Part shown: positions 25,911 to 38,212 of the stretch, in pieces | How positions within the stretch are numbered: position 1 is the first letter of the stretch | How the letters are laid out: each line of letters begins with the position of its first letter | NCBI RefSeq assembly: GCF_963853765.1 | Contig: NC_088854.1 | Span: 15,066,001-15,130,000 of the forward strand | Direction: 5' to 3' | Length of the DNA stretch: 64,000 nucleotides | Source: Magallana gigas | Taxonomy: Eukaryota | Program-made: the position numbers and the translations under genes | Notes under the pieces: model-generated | Told to the model about the DNA's origin: nothing | The model's database searches: none | Seen by the model: the letters and a program-made list of their open reading frames with translations, nothing else

Positions 25911-26863
25911 CTTAGGGGGTGCTGCGCATAAACTTCCACTTGAGGCATCTTGTCCGAATTATAAAACAGTGAAAAGAATCCCACTGATCGCAAGATTTTG
26001 AACAATTAATGCAAGAATGGATGAGTATACCAACAACACAGACATATTCAGCTGAAAACTTATTCAAATAAAATAGTTTTAGCTTAGTTCCTATGGGAGG
26101 GCAAGTTTTGGTAACGCTTATTAATGCTAATATTGTGACAAGTTTTATCAATCATTGAATCGAAAAAAAAAATTAACGCGTGGCAAATACTTTAGTCATT
26201 AAAATCTTGTGGTTGAAGTAGGCTATATCAAAAATCTATAGCTTTAGTTTTGTTTTTCTTTCCCGACTTCGATAGCAGAAAAAAACGAACAACTATTGTC
26301 TGCCATCTATCGTCTACATAGCAACATATGGAAACCACTGTGACATCTTTAATTCGGCTGTAATTAATAATGCATTTAAGAAATAAACAGCGATTTATTG
26401 TACATAAATTGGGTATAGCCCTTTAAATCATTTGTTGCAAAACATGTTTAATTTTATCCCGTTCTTTAGAAAAAAACCAATCTTAACTTGAGTGGCAGAG
26501 ATATTTCAAATTGGAGTCATTTTAACAAGAATGACTGATAAAACGAATATCTATATGAATATTCTTATCATAAAATGATTTGATAGATCGATATATCGAA
26601 TGCTGCGAATTAAATACGTTAACATACATTTGGTTATTGACTGGTTGTCGTGATGGACAATTAACTCACTGTATATGCGGGTATATATACATGTATGAAG
26701 GACCAATATACTCACTAAAGTTGACTAAACCATAGTTTACATCCGTTTGGCGTAGGGTTATAACGCTCGACGAGCGTATTATTATATAGTATGTATATAC
26801 TTATGTCATAGCATTTAGTACTCATTCAACATAGGTTTAGTTAAACTACTTTCAGGGACGACC

Positions 26864-29800
26864 ATGGGTGACTGCTATGTCCGGCATGAGGATCGGATCG
26901 CCCGGATCTTTGGGATGTACGGGAAATTCCTGGAGCGCCACCCCGTGAAGATCCTAGTCATCTCCATCACCGTTAACTGTCTCCTGGGCCTCGGAATGCT
27001 GCGACTTGAGGTGGAGAGTGGGGCGGAAAGACTGTACACACCGGTCAATAGCCAAGCCTCCAAAGACAGGTCCTTCTTAGAGAACATATATCCAAGTTCC
27101 TCCGAATTTTATGCACACAAAGAAACAGCCGACTTTGCGGAAGTGTTGATTCTTACAAAAGACAGGGGAAATATGTTAACATCTACGTTCTTGGACGATG
27201 TTACTTCTGTTGACGAATTTGTACGAAACTCCATCTCTATTACCCAATCAGGAACGGTGTACAAATTCAGTGATGTGTGCGCCAAACAGAGCAGTGCATG
27301 CGTTGTATCGGGGGATATCGTCCTGTCCAGCGAATTTAAGCAAATGATGTTGGCAAACAATATAACCTATCCAGAATTCAACCAAACGTCCATTTCTTCT
27401 CTTTTCGCAAGTCCGACCGCTTCCAATGGCGTTCTGACGTCTGCTATTGGACTGAAACTCACGTATTACCTCCGCAGCTCTTATTCTGAACAATGGGAAA
27501 AAGAGTTTGTTAAAACTATACCCAACGCTGTCGTGAATATTTCAGAACTAGCTTACTCCTATTCCGATGCACTTGATAATGAATTGGAGGAAAACATTGG
27601 AGGAGACATTTTGTTTTACTCTTTGACGATGACGTTCATGATGACGTATGCTTGCATTGCCACATCGAGGCTAAACGGTAACTGCATTGCCGACAGGAGC
27701 CTTCTGGGACAAGCAGGGGTTCTAGCAGCAGTTCTCTCTATCCTGTCCTCTTTTGGTTTTGTTAGTCTTATAGGAGTAAAGTTCATGAGCATTGTGGGAG
27801 TAATGCCATTTCTTATAATTGGTAAGCACAAATACATGTACATTGTAACTAGTATAATAGTCACTTCTTATCATCGGTAAGAACATATAACTAGTTTTAA
27901 ATCTAGTTAATTAATATTAAAATCAATTATTCAAACATCCAAAAGCAAACAATAAGAATGAAAACTTCATATTGTTATTTTAAATTAGTTTTTCTTTTTT
28001 AGAAGTCAATTGTTTCACTTTAATAACAATAAACTAAATGTTTCGGGTTTTCTTGAAATTGATTTAATTTTTTTTAATTTTTTTAGGAATTGGAATAGAT
28101 GATGTTTTCATTTTAATGTCTGGAATAGCTGATGCCGAGTCCATAGAAAAATCGAGTGTTTCTGACCGAATCAGTTTCATGATGAGGACCAGTGGTATCG
28201 CTATTACCATTACTTCAATTACGGATTTTCTGGCATTTTCAATTGGAGCAAGTTCGGTTTTCATCAGTGTCAGAAACTTCTGCATATATACTGGTAACCT
28301 CTAACTATTTAATGAACTTTTAAAAATAAGATTTTCATCAGTTTATCTACCCGGCTCAAGCTGATCGCGTGTGCCGATTGAATGTTAAAATGGGTTCGAT
28401 CTCCGGATAAGACCGTAAAATACTAGTATACCATTGATCCCATGTTCTTTAAATCAATGACAACTCTTTTAATATAAACACCGCGGTCAAAAAACTTTAA
28501 AAGGAAAACAATTATCCTCAAAGGATAAAATCTTAACTTATCATAATGAATATTAATATTCCGATAACTTTTTTGGGCCGGTTATTTTGGTCGCTTTTGC
28601 CAGAGAGATAAATAACAAGTACAATGTACTGAGTAATTGTTTTTCTATTCGTTACAGGTGTTGCAGTACTTTTTTGCTACATCAACCAAATAACTATCTT
28701 CTCCTCATGCATTGTCATAAATGAAAAAAGAATCAAGGATAATCGCCACTGCGTTGCTTGTTGGACGAGAACAAAAGACAAGGAATCTCTTCAGATGGAT
28801 GGCAAGACAGGGTGTTCGCTGTACGCATGCGCAGGATACCCACCGAAAGATCGCAGTGATGTCGATAGCCCTCTAGAGAAATACCCAAAACGCCTGATTC
28901 AATTCGTTATGAAATATCTAGTTTTGAAAATAGCAATTTTAGTAATTTTTGCGATTTATTTAGGATTTTCAATATATGGCGTGGTCCATCTTGATCAAGG
29001 ACTCTCTCTGCAAAACCTCGTCACAGAAGATTCTTTCTTTTACAAGTACAGCATGTGGAGAGAGAATTACTTTCGAAGTGAAGTTGTTATGTCCTTTAAC
29101 GTAAAAACAACTCAGACATATTCTTCGTCGTGGACTCAAGGGGTCATAGCATCGATCTTAACAACTGCAAAACAAGACAAGGACATTGACCCTTCGTTTG
29201 AGTTGAACTGGTTAACGGCCTTTAAACAGTCTGCTTTGTATGTGGATACCTCTGAATCTGCATTCATCACAGCCCTCCAGATATTCCTAACAAATGTGCC
29301 ATTATATGCTAGTGATGTGGTTATTGATTCGTCTGGACCGAGTATCACTTCGTCTCGATTTTATCTAAAAACCAACAACATACCATCCACATATGACCAA
29401 GGTCAGATGATGTTGCGCATGCGGGAAGTGACGGCGAATTCTGCCATTCCGATGATTGTTTATTCTCCCCCTTTTATTTTCTTTGAGCAGTTTGTTGAGA
29501 TTCTTCCAAGTACCTTACAGACTGTTGGCATCGCTATAGTGGTCATCATAATTGTCACCATTCTCTTCATGCCCCACCCGACCCTGATCATCATTGTAGG
29601 GGTCACTCTCTTCACCATTCTCCTTGGGGTGTTTGGGTTCATGTTCTTCTGGGACATATCCCTCAGTTCCATCTCCATGATACACCTCGTCATGACCGTA
29701 GGCTTCTCTGTAGATTTCAGCGCCCACATCTGTCATGCCTATCTTGCCGTAGACGCAGACGACAGGGCTACGAAGGTCGATCTTTCCTTGGACCGATCAG

Positions 29801-30051
29801 GAGGACCGATCTTTAACGCTGCGTTTTCAACTCTTCTGGGAGTCTCGATTTTAGGCTTTGCAAATAGCTATATATTTAAGACCTTTGGAAAGATGATGTT
29901 CTTGGTGATATTTTTTGGTCTTGCCCACTCAGTTCTTCTGATTCCAACAGTGCTATCGTTTATAGGACCATTAAAAGCGAGAAAAGTTAAACCTGACGAG
30001 AAGGCGCAATTGGAACGCGAAAACTCTAAATCTAGTTCAAGTCCAATTTGA
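26864..30051 (+). CDS. Patched domain-containing (PTCHD3/patched-related) sterol-sensing-domain RND-type membrane protein, about 852 aa
   Basis: Exons 26864-27821, 28087-28293, 28658-30051 (phase 1 introns). SSD motifs VMPFLIIGIGIDDVFIL and MTVGFSVDFSAHICHAY, GGPIFNAAFST, YIFKTFGKMM. Two luminal loops. Confidence 0.9.
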
Positions 30052-33000
30052 ATTATCCCTCTCAGTAGTGTTATAACATATGTTTATTTATATCAAGTGT
30101 TCTAACGGATAACAACTGAATTGTAATGAATTCAAATCATTGATATATACCTTAACTTCTATCGTAGATATCAAATTATGAAGATCGAATCAATTCAACT
30201 TTTGTTGAATCTTAACTTTAAAAATATAGAACAGCTAGATGTGAAACAGTTAAATACTAAAAGTATGATGAACGCAATCGCGCAGGATCATGCACTTTTA
30301 TTTGTATTCATTCCTTTTATGCCGCAATATAGCATTGCTGAGAATTGTTGAACTTGTTTTACATAATATTTCAGATGTACACCTCGCATAACCTAAAAAA
30401 GATTTTACTGTCACAGTGGCAGATGAAAGTATTTTAAGAACCACTTAAAAGCATGATTTTTCCCAGTAATGAAATGCTATACTTCTGTCATGATGTAAAT
30501 TTTGTATTTATACACACCCACTAAATTCAAAACTTTTGAAGCTACTTACTTGTATGCAATTTTCACTATTCATTTCGATATCAAACCATGTATTTTAAAC
30601 ATTTTGTTAGTAGAAGTATTAAATTTCAATATTATAAATATTTTCCAGCAATTAATATACCTTCTATTTTATAGAACTTGAACTGGGTTTAAAATGGTGC
30701 TTATTTATTTTCTTTAGTACATTCTTACATGTAGGATATCTCTTGCATAATAAATGTGGTTAAAATAACTAGGTAATCTAATAGAAAAAAACCTTGTTTG
30801 GCATGTTCTCATAGCAGCTGCTACATTTTAAATCTATAACCTGTTACATTAAAGTTTAAATCAAAGATTTCTAAACTTAACTATAATAATCTCTCTCACA
30901 ACCTTAATAAATTTTGTATTTACACCCACCCAGTAAATTAAAAACTTACATGACACTTCCTTTTACGAATGCCAATTTATACCTCTATTAAAATCAAATT
31001 GTGATATATTATTCACAATATTGAATACATCTTTCAAAAATATGCAAACCTCATTTGTGCCCCAACCACGTGCGTCATTTTTTCGTGTTTTAAAAAAGAG
31101 ACACCTATTACATATGATCACGTGATGCTGTTAAAACGCCCGTTTCTTGCGACGTGTCAATGATCGATGTAATAAACTATACAACAAAATTTGATCTGCA
31201 CTAAAGTTACAGTCGGGCACGTGTCATGAAGCCCTTCGGCCTTTATGATATATTTGATCACGTACCGAACGTAATGATCACCCCCCCCCCCCAAACTTAC
31301 CTAAATGTCAAAAAATGGTTTCTTATTACTTATATTTCATCATTTTTCAATTATTGTAAGAACAGTTAATGATATTTTTACATTGATTTTAATTATCATA
31401 CAAACCCGTTTGTGCCCAAACAGCACACGTTGACACATATCGAAGTGTGCATTACCACGCGGCGCAAAGCAACTATGTACTTATGTTATACACGCACATT
31501 TTAGGCAATATGTCAATGATTTATTGAATACTAAGACCGAAATGTATTTGGCTTTTTTCAAAGGTAGATATTTCGTCTTTCACGAATCTTGAAGTTTATT
31601 TTGTTACTCGTCTCTGTCCTTACTGAAGAAGAAATCAAATAAATTGTACATTTGCTTATCGATATTTACATCCTACTGAGTATGATTCCCTCTACTATAT
31701 TGTATTTCTTACGGAAACTTATAGTTAATTCATAGCTGTATTGAAACAGTCAGATTGAAATCTACAAGCCCCGTTTAATATATATACATGTATATCGATT
31801 GGTTAAAACCTACAGCTACCCCAAGAACAAATCACAGACTGCACGAAATAATCATGATATGAGACTCTCATTCCCATAGGAGACGACTTGGTTGTTTCTT
31901 TTAGCTAACGCGCTGATGTACATCAACAGTAAAATAGTGAATTTTACTTACTTTCTTCAATCATTTCATTAATTTGTTAAAAGAAAGATGTAAATGTAAA
32001 ACAACAAAACGGTGTCTTTAAAGATCCACGCGGGTTATGAAGGTAGCGATCTTTGCATTTTTTTTACATAAACCGCTGACGCTGTTTATGTATTTTTTTC
32101 TGCGATATCGCCACCTTCATATTCCGCATGAACCCCCCCCCCCCCAAAAAAAAAGCATGTTATTGTTTAAATGATATATACATGTACTTGCACTTTAGTT
32201 TATCAGGCATAAACATATTTTCCATGTTATCCGTTTGCTGTTTATTTCAAAGAAAAATAAACATAACAGAGAAGCAATGACTTTTTTATTTCTTCATCCT
32301 TTCACCCTACTAACCGACACAGTTTTCTGCTAAAATAAGAACTTCATAGAAAGTAAGTATTTAAGTGTAGTATTTTACTGCAAAAGAGTCTACAAAAACA
32401 TATGGTGATATTTACCAGTAATACAGCATGTACTGCGAATAGTATATACAGATTTTGAAGTATTTTTCTGGAGTTTAACTTGCACATTACATTGAAAAAG
32501 AACTTGATTATAGGCACCATTGCCTTTAATTCCCCTCTTAATCCAGGTTGTAATAAATAAATGTATTGCATGAGTTAAGAAGTAATGCAGACACTGCTTC
32601 AAACACATGTCGAGTACCTTAATATAACATGTACTAGTCTACCAACCTAAAGTGTTCATCCATACATGGCCCAATTACAACAATTACTCAGTACATATAA
32701 ATCATGCATTTGCAAATTAAAAAAACTTCTCTGCAACATTTTTAACAGTGAAATACTGTTACAATGACTCATTATAAATATAGAGTACACATAATCATTT
32801 AAAGATGTAAATTTACATTATTTTATAGCTTGTAAAGCTATAATTATTCAAATGGAACTTCATATATACATTGCAATAAAAAAACAACAACACTGTCTCC
32901 AATATTACTGATAAAAGGAATGATCAAAGATTCTATATTTTAAGATAATAACGAAAAAGGGTGAAATGAAGTCTGAAATGGCAAATTCACCTTACATTGA

Positions 33001-33512
33001 ACTTGTCACATGTAATAAGAAACTTAATCTTGGCAAAACTATGGAAAATAATGGCTTGTTTGCATGTGTGAAAGTTGTGATTTGAGGAAAGAACAAATTG
33101 TCATGAAAGGTATTCATGAATCCTAAAAATGAAACCTGTATATCAAAATTCAATAAATGGAATGAATCTGTTATGAAATGTGGTAGTAGATAACATGACA
33201 AGAAATCAATTGCAAAATACTCCCATTTTAAAAGACAGTTTTTTGTTTGTACATGAATTGTTTTATTAACATTGATGATAACATTATCATTTTGATGTCA
33301 GATAAACGGATGTATAGGTGAAAATTTATAACAACAAAAAATACCATTTATCCCTATTCCTTCAGACAAAAGGATTTATTTGAGCCAACATTTAGCAAGA
33401 GAAAATATAGAAATTATTTAAGACTTCTATTTTGATGTCAAAAAAATTGATCGATGATTTCTGTGCACAGACTCATGGACATGTATTCTGCCGATTAACA
33501 TACATGTATAGA

Positions 33513-36500
33513 TCAAGTATGAGCTCTCTCCTTCTTTCCTGGTTTTTCCGTGTTCTCTGTGGGCTTGGTCCTGCTGTCTTCCTGACTCTTCTTTTGCTCT
33601 GTAGTTTTCTTACCCATGTATTTATCGTAATAGCCAGACAGTGTCTCACTTGACCTTTTCATCAGTTCTTGAGAGTTGGTTTTCATATTAGCAAGGAAAA
33701 CTCTGGTCTGTGTCTCTGCTGGCTTCCAGTATTGTTCACAGAGTTCATTTTTGTTTTCTTGACAAACTGTGTACAAGCTACCAATTATGATCCCAAACAC
33801 AGCAAAGAACAGTGCAAGAATGGAAAACCAGGACATTTTTGACTTAGTACCTGAGACACATAAAAATGTAATATTAAAATCTATCAATCATTTGCTCATC
33901 TGACAAAGATTACAGTCTAGAGAGAGTCATAATATTCAATGTAAATGGATTACAAAACCAAATAATTCATGCACATTATTTGATAAAAAGCTAGCTATCA
34001 AAAGTTTAATCTTCAAAAGTTTTATTATACATATACATGTTCTAGTATATAAACTATCTACCTGTGTTTTTTGGTCTTGTTGCCGATTTTCCATTGCCAT
34101 TTGATATGGTTTTGGTTTCTACATATCATAAAAGAAAATCAGTTGTGAATCATTTAAAACATATAGATGTATTCTGATTTGAGGATCCATGCTTTCAGCA
34201 ACAATGTGAACTTCAATATGACAGATTTAATTCAAAAATCAAGTATTGCTTTTATGTATGTTCAAAACATATATATCTACCAGGTTTTTTAACTGGAGAA
34301 TAAACATCCTCTTTGGCTGTAGTATCATCTTTCTTTTTCTTGTTTGCATTCTTTTTCTGTTTTCGTTCTTGGCGAACTTTTTCTTTTTCTGCCTCTTCTT
34401 CGGCTTGCAGTCTTTTTTTCTCCTCTGCCAAATCAACATAATTTTCTAATATACTTACAGATAGAAATGTGTACAACTGTACATGCATTTACATTTACTT
34501 AATTTTGTACAGTTTTATTGTTCTTATTACGGAAAACATCAAGATGTAGCATTTTTGTGTCTATGCACTTTGCAAAGGGCTTGAATAATTGATGGCCTAA
34601 TGGGATGGTACTAGTAAGAAAGAATAATCTGTGACCAGGATACACTCAGGTCACGTTAAGATTAGGTTAAAACAGGTCCATAAGGACATCTGTAATATTG
34701 ACGATAGAATATTCTATTTAGGGACCAGTTATCAGTTAGCTTGTATTTTGCCAGAAAAGTGTTTTGCGAAGAGGACATTTTTCCTTTGGTGCAGTTATAT
34801 ATTTAAGTCTTTTTGATAATATTGGACAGTAAAAACTTGCAAATGTCCTGCAAAGATTTTGAATTAAAAGCCCAAATGACCTGTGGAATTTTTTTTTTTT
34901 AATTTAGCCTTGTATGCAGTATTTGTATTCTTTATATAAAGTAAGAAAACAAATACAAGTTAAAGCTTGACTAAAATTCCATAAGTTTTCACATTATTGT
35001 TAAGGTGGAATAACACATCATCACAAAAAGGCTGACCTCTGATCGAAACAACATTTCGTTTTATTAAAAAGGATTTTATCGACGGCAACATGTACCGGTA
35101 ATTTACTCCATAGCCGAGTGGATAAAGTGTCGAGCTTGTGATCTGTACTTCCCGAGTTTGAATTCTGCAAGGGGTTTTGTTGTTACTTTCTGAATTAAAT
35201 TTTTTAGATATTCATTTTTTATCACCAAACTGCATTTTTCTTTTCCTTATTTAACATATGTACAGTTTATTTATCATTACTAGTATATCTTTCATAATCA
35301 AATAATTTACTGTTAATTTGAGTGATTTTTTTCCAGGTGTGTTATTCGACCTTAAAATGTAAATAATTTATCAATTTATTATAAAGCAACTTTTTTAAAA
35401 TAAAAATTGTACATTACTGCATACAAGTATACTGAATACAAGTTCACAAATTCATTATTTCCAAAACAAGGGTTTATTTTCCTTAAAAAAATATACAAAC
35501 CTGTATATATGCTCATTCCAACATGCCCTAAAGTCACCCCCCCCCCCCCAACCTTTAAATCATTCAGTTATATAAAAAAGATGGTCAGTTATTTGGTTAT
35601 ACAATGTATAGACATCAAATCTTTTACCTCTCTCCTCCTTTAGCTTCTTCTGTTTTAATCTTTCAAGCTCTGAATTACAATCCCTGAGATACTTCAAAAC
35701 CTGAGAATCATAAAGCATATAATTAAAAATATTATTTTCAGTGCAACTTAACTTGTTGTTAATACAATGATGCTATATGTAATACATTTAGACAAACTAT
35801 CTGAGGGTCAGTAAGGAACTTAACCATATATTGTTATGTCAGAAACATGTGCTCATAATTGTTCATCTCAGAGTATTGTCGTTTTCAGACTCTCCTTTTC
35901 TAAACCTTGTCTTTCACCATCAGAAAAATGTTTGTAGCCCTAAGTATCATGAGCCCAATATCGCTACCATGGCCTATTGATATTACACCTTGGTTTTACC
36001 TTTACAGCTCCAAAAAGTGTGCAATTAAACGATAAAGACTTTTTGGTCTTCACATTTACAGCACAACCCTCCCCCACCAATATTAATACCAAGTAAACTT
36101 AAAAGTTGTAAACATATTTTAGATTTCATGTTATATTGCAAGACTAGGTCTAGTTTACATGACCTATGATTTCAACTTCTATACCTACTTGAGTAGCACA
36201 CTTTTTGCACTGGTTTTCATCCAAACAATCTCCTGCTATTTTCCGTAGATCAGCCTGTAGTGGATTGTCCTTTAAATCAAGCCATTTCAGTTTGGTCAGT
36301 TTGTAAAAACTGATGGGTAAAAGAACAAGCTGATTTCCAAGCAGATCTAGATGCTGAAGATTCTGCAGGTTTCCAAAGTTCTCTGGTAGCTCTGTTAGCC
36401 TGTTCTTACTGAGGTCAATTTTTACTAGATGAGTCAGTGAGGGAAAGTTGTCCTGAACACACAAAACAAAATATACATACACTTTTCATCTGACATCCAT

Positions 36501-37819
36501 TTAAATACTTTATCAAAATCAGAGACATAAATAACATAGATTGGCAACTGATCAAAATCTTGCGGTCCCTATTGTAAAGTGTTCCCAATTTATATCAGTA
36601 TATCTTTCTAATAAACAATTATATTGAAATATAAACAGCTAAAAAATATTACCAAACATTCAAAATATTATATTTTCATGAGTTTATGTCATATAAACAA
36701 TATTAAATGAGGAGTTTTAGGAGGCAGTTGGCTACCCGTTGTCCGAGATTTCGCCAATGTTTTATGGCCAATATATTTTCTATTTATTAATGTTATTTTT
36801 CAATTTTTTGTCTCAAAATGTCTAAAACCTATGCACGCTTTTCATTAAAACAATATACTTTTGGTTTAAGATCATTATCTCAGTTTACTAAAATGTAGTT
36901 CTCAAAGTAAGGTTGATCCCATACCATTTTTCAACAACAAACCTTGCTAATGGTGGAGTTGCCAATCTCTGTTGTTTATGCCTCTGATCAAAATCAATAT
37001 ACAGGTGGCTTTTAAAAAAAAAAAATCAAAATAACTAAACTCACTGGTAGAGAGGTCAATTGGTTGCAAGACAAATCCAGACGAGTTGCTTTTGGGATTG
37101 CAGCCTACAAATTGAAATGTTATTGTCAAATGTATTGGGTTTTTTTAAATCAATTATCATGTCAACTTGAGTACCTATCGGTAACTAAAAATCTAATCTA
37201 ATCAAGAAGACTTTATCTGAAATCACTGATTTCATAATTTACCTGTACGAATCATGTTTAAAGATTAGCCAGATAGTTATCAGAGATAAAACATAGATTG
37301 ATATATTGAAAGTGAAAGCAGTATTAATCAAGGGTTGTTATCGAAACTATAAGTTTCATTACATAAATATCATAAACAGATATGTTACAAAGTTCTTGAT
37401 AAAAAATACCATACAGAGGATAGTAATAAACACACTGTAACGTTATATGACAGCTGTATCATGTATGATAAACTTCAAAACTTGTTTTTTAGTTGTTTTT
37501 TTAAAGATGTAATCCAATTTACATTGCCATTTCAAATTAACCTTTACTGAATAGATCAATTAAACCGAACTCAGGTTTTGGACTCTTAAAATCAGGTGCT
37601 TCGACTTTCGTTCTCATAATCTTACCTTAAATTTTGAAAACTCTACATATGGTATCAGTAGTGTACACATTTGAACAATACTGTACAGTATGTTTTACAT
37701 ATAGATTTAACAATTTTAAATAAACATACCAGATCTTTGACAGGAACTGTGTCCAAATTATTGAGACTTAAGTCAAGTTCATTGCCCTCAAGCTTGTCTT
37801 TTAAACTTTCTTTCGGCAT
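33513..37819 (-). CDS. LRRC59: Leucine-rich repeat-containing protein 59, about 348 aa
   Basis: Exons 37819-37730, 37104-37045, 36452-36189, 35700-35628, 34445-34281, 34118-34062, 33850-33513. [58 protein letters not shown], charged coiled coil and a C-terminal TM helix. Confidence 0.93.
35004..35351. mobile_element. TTAA-target MITE (Kolobok-like) containing a degenerate tRNA-like segment
   Basis: TIRs GGTGGAATAACACA / GGTCGAATAACACA flanked by TTAA (35000-35003, 35352-35355). Internal A-box TAGCCGAGTGG and B-box-like GAGTTTGAATTC. Confidence 0.7.
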
Positions 37820-38212
37820 TTTAGGGTTTAAAGTGAAAGTTCAAAGAAGACCGGAACCTGCTGTCATACAGGAGCAGCAAAATGTTTTATTGAGATCGAT
37901 CCCGATCATAAAATGATTAAAAGTATAATTGATTTCTTTTCTTATCAAACAGCTAAACGTTTAATTTTATTTCGTTATCATTTAAAATAAAAACACTAAT
38001 AGATACCATCAAATAGTAAAAGAATGTTTTAATTCTAAGAAAATCTTTAAATAGATTATTTGATCGGGTTAGGAGTGGTGATGAAAATTCAAACGCTAAA
38101 ATTACACGGATTTTTTTTCTTCGCATGGTTTGGATGTCCTAATCACTGTCCTTCCGAATCCAACCCCAGGAGAATATTTCATAATATTTCGTTTGTCCAT
38201 CAAATACCAGGC
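37820..38212. promoter_or_regulatory. Putative bidirectional promoter LRRC59/PAM16
   Basis: Only 393 bp separate the two divergent start codons. Confidence 0.6.

Noticed and set aside
28345-28420. SINE-like head (GGGTTCGATCTCC..TAAGACCGTAAA) in a patched-related gene intron
   Set aside because: It is too short and degenerate, with no tail or TSD, to call with support.
30900-32200. CpG-richer intergenic stretch with repeated TTTGTGCCCAA and CACGTG motifs
   Set aside because: It is probably a decayed non-autonomous element. No termini, TSD or coding signal could be defined.
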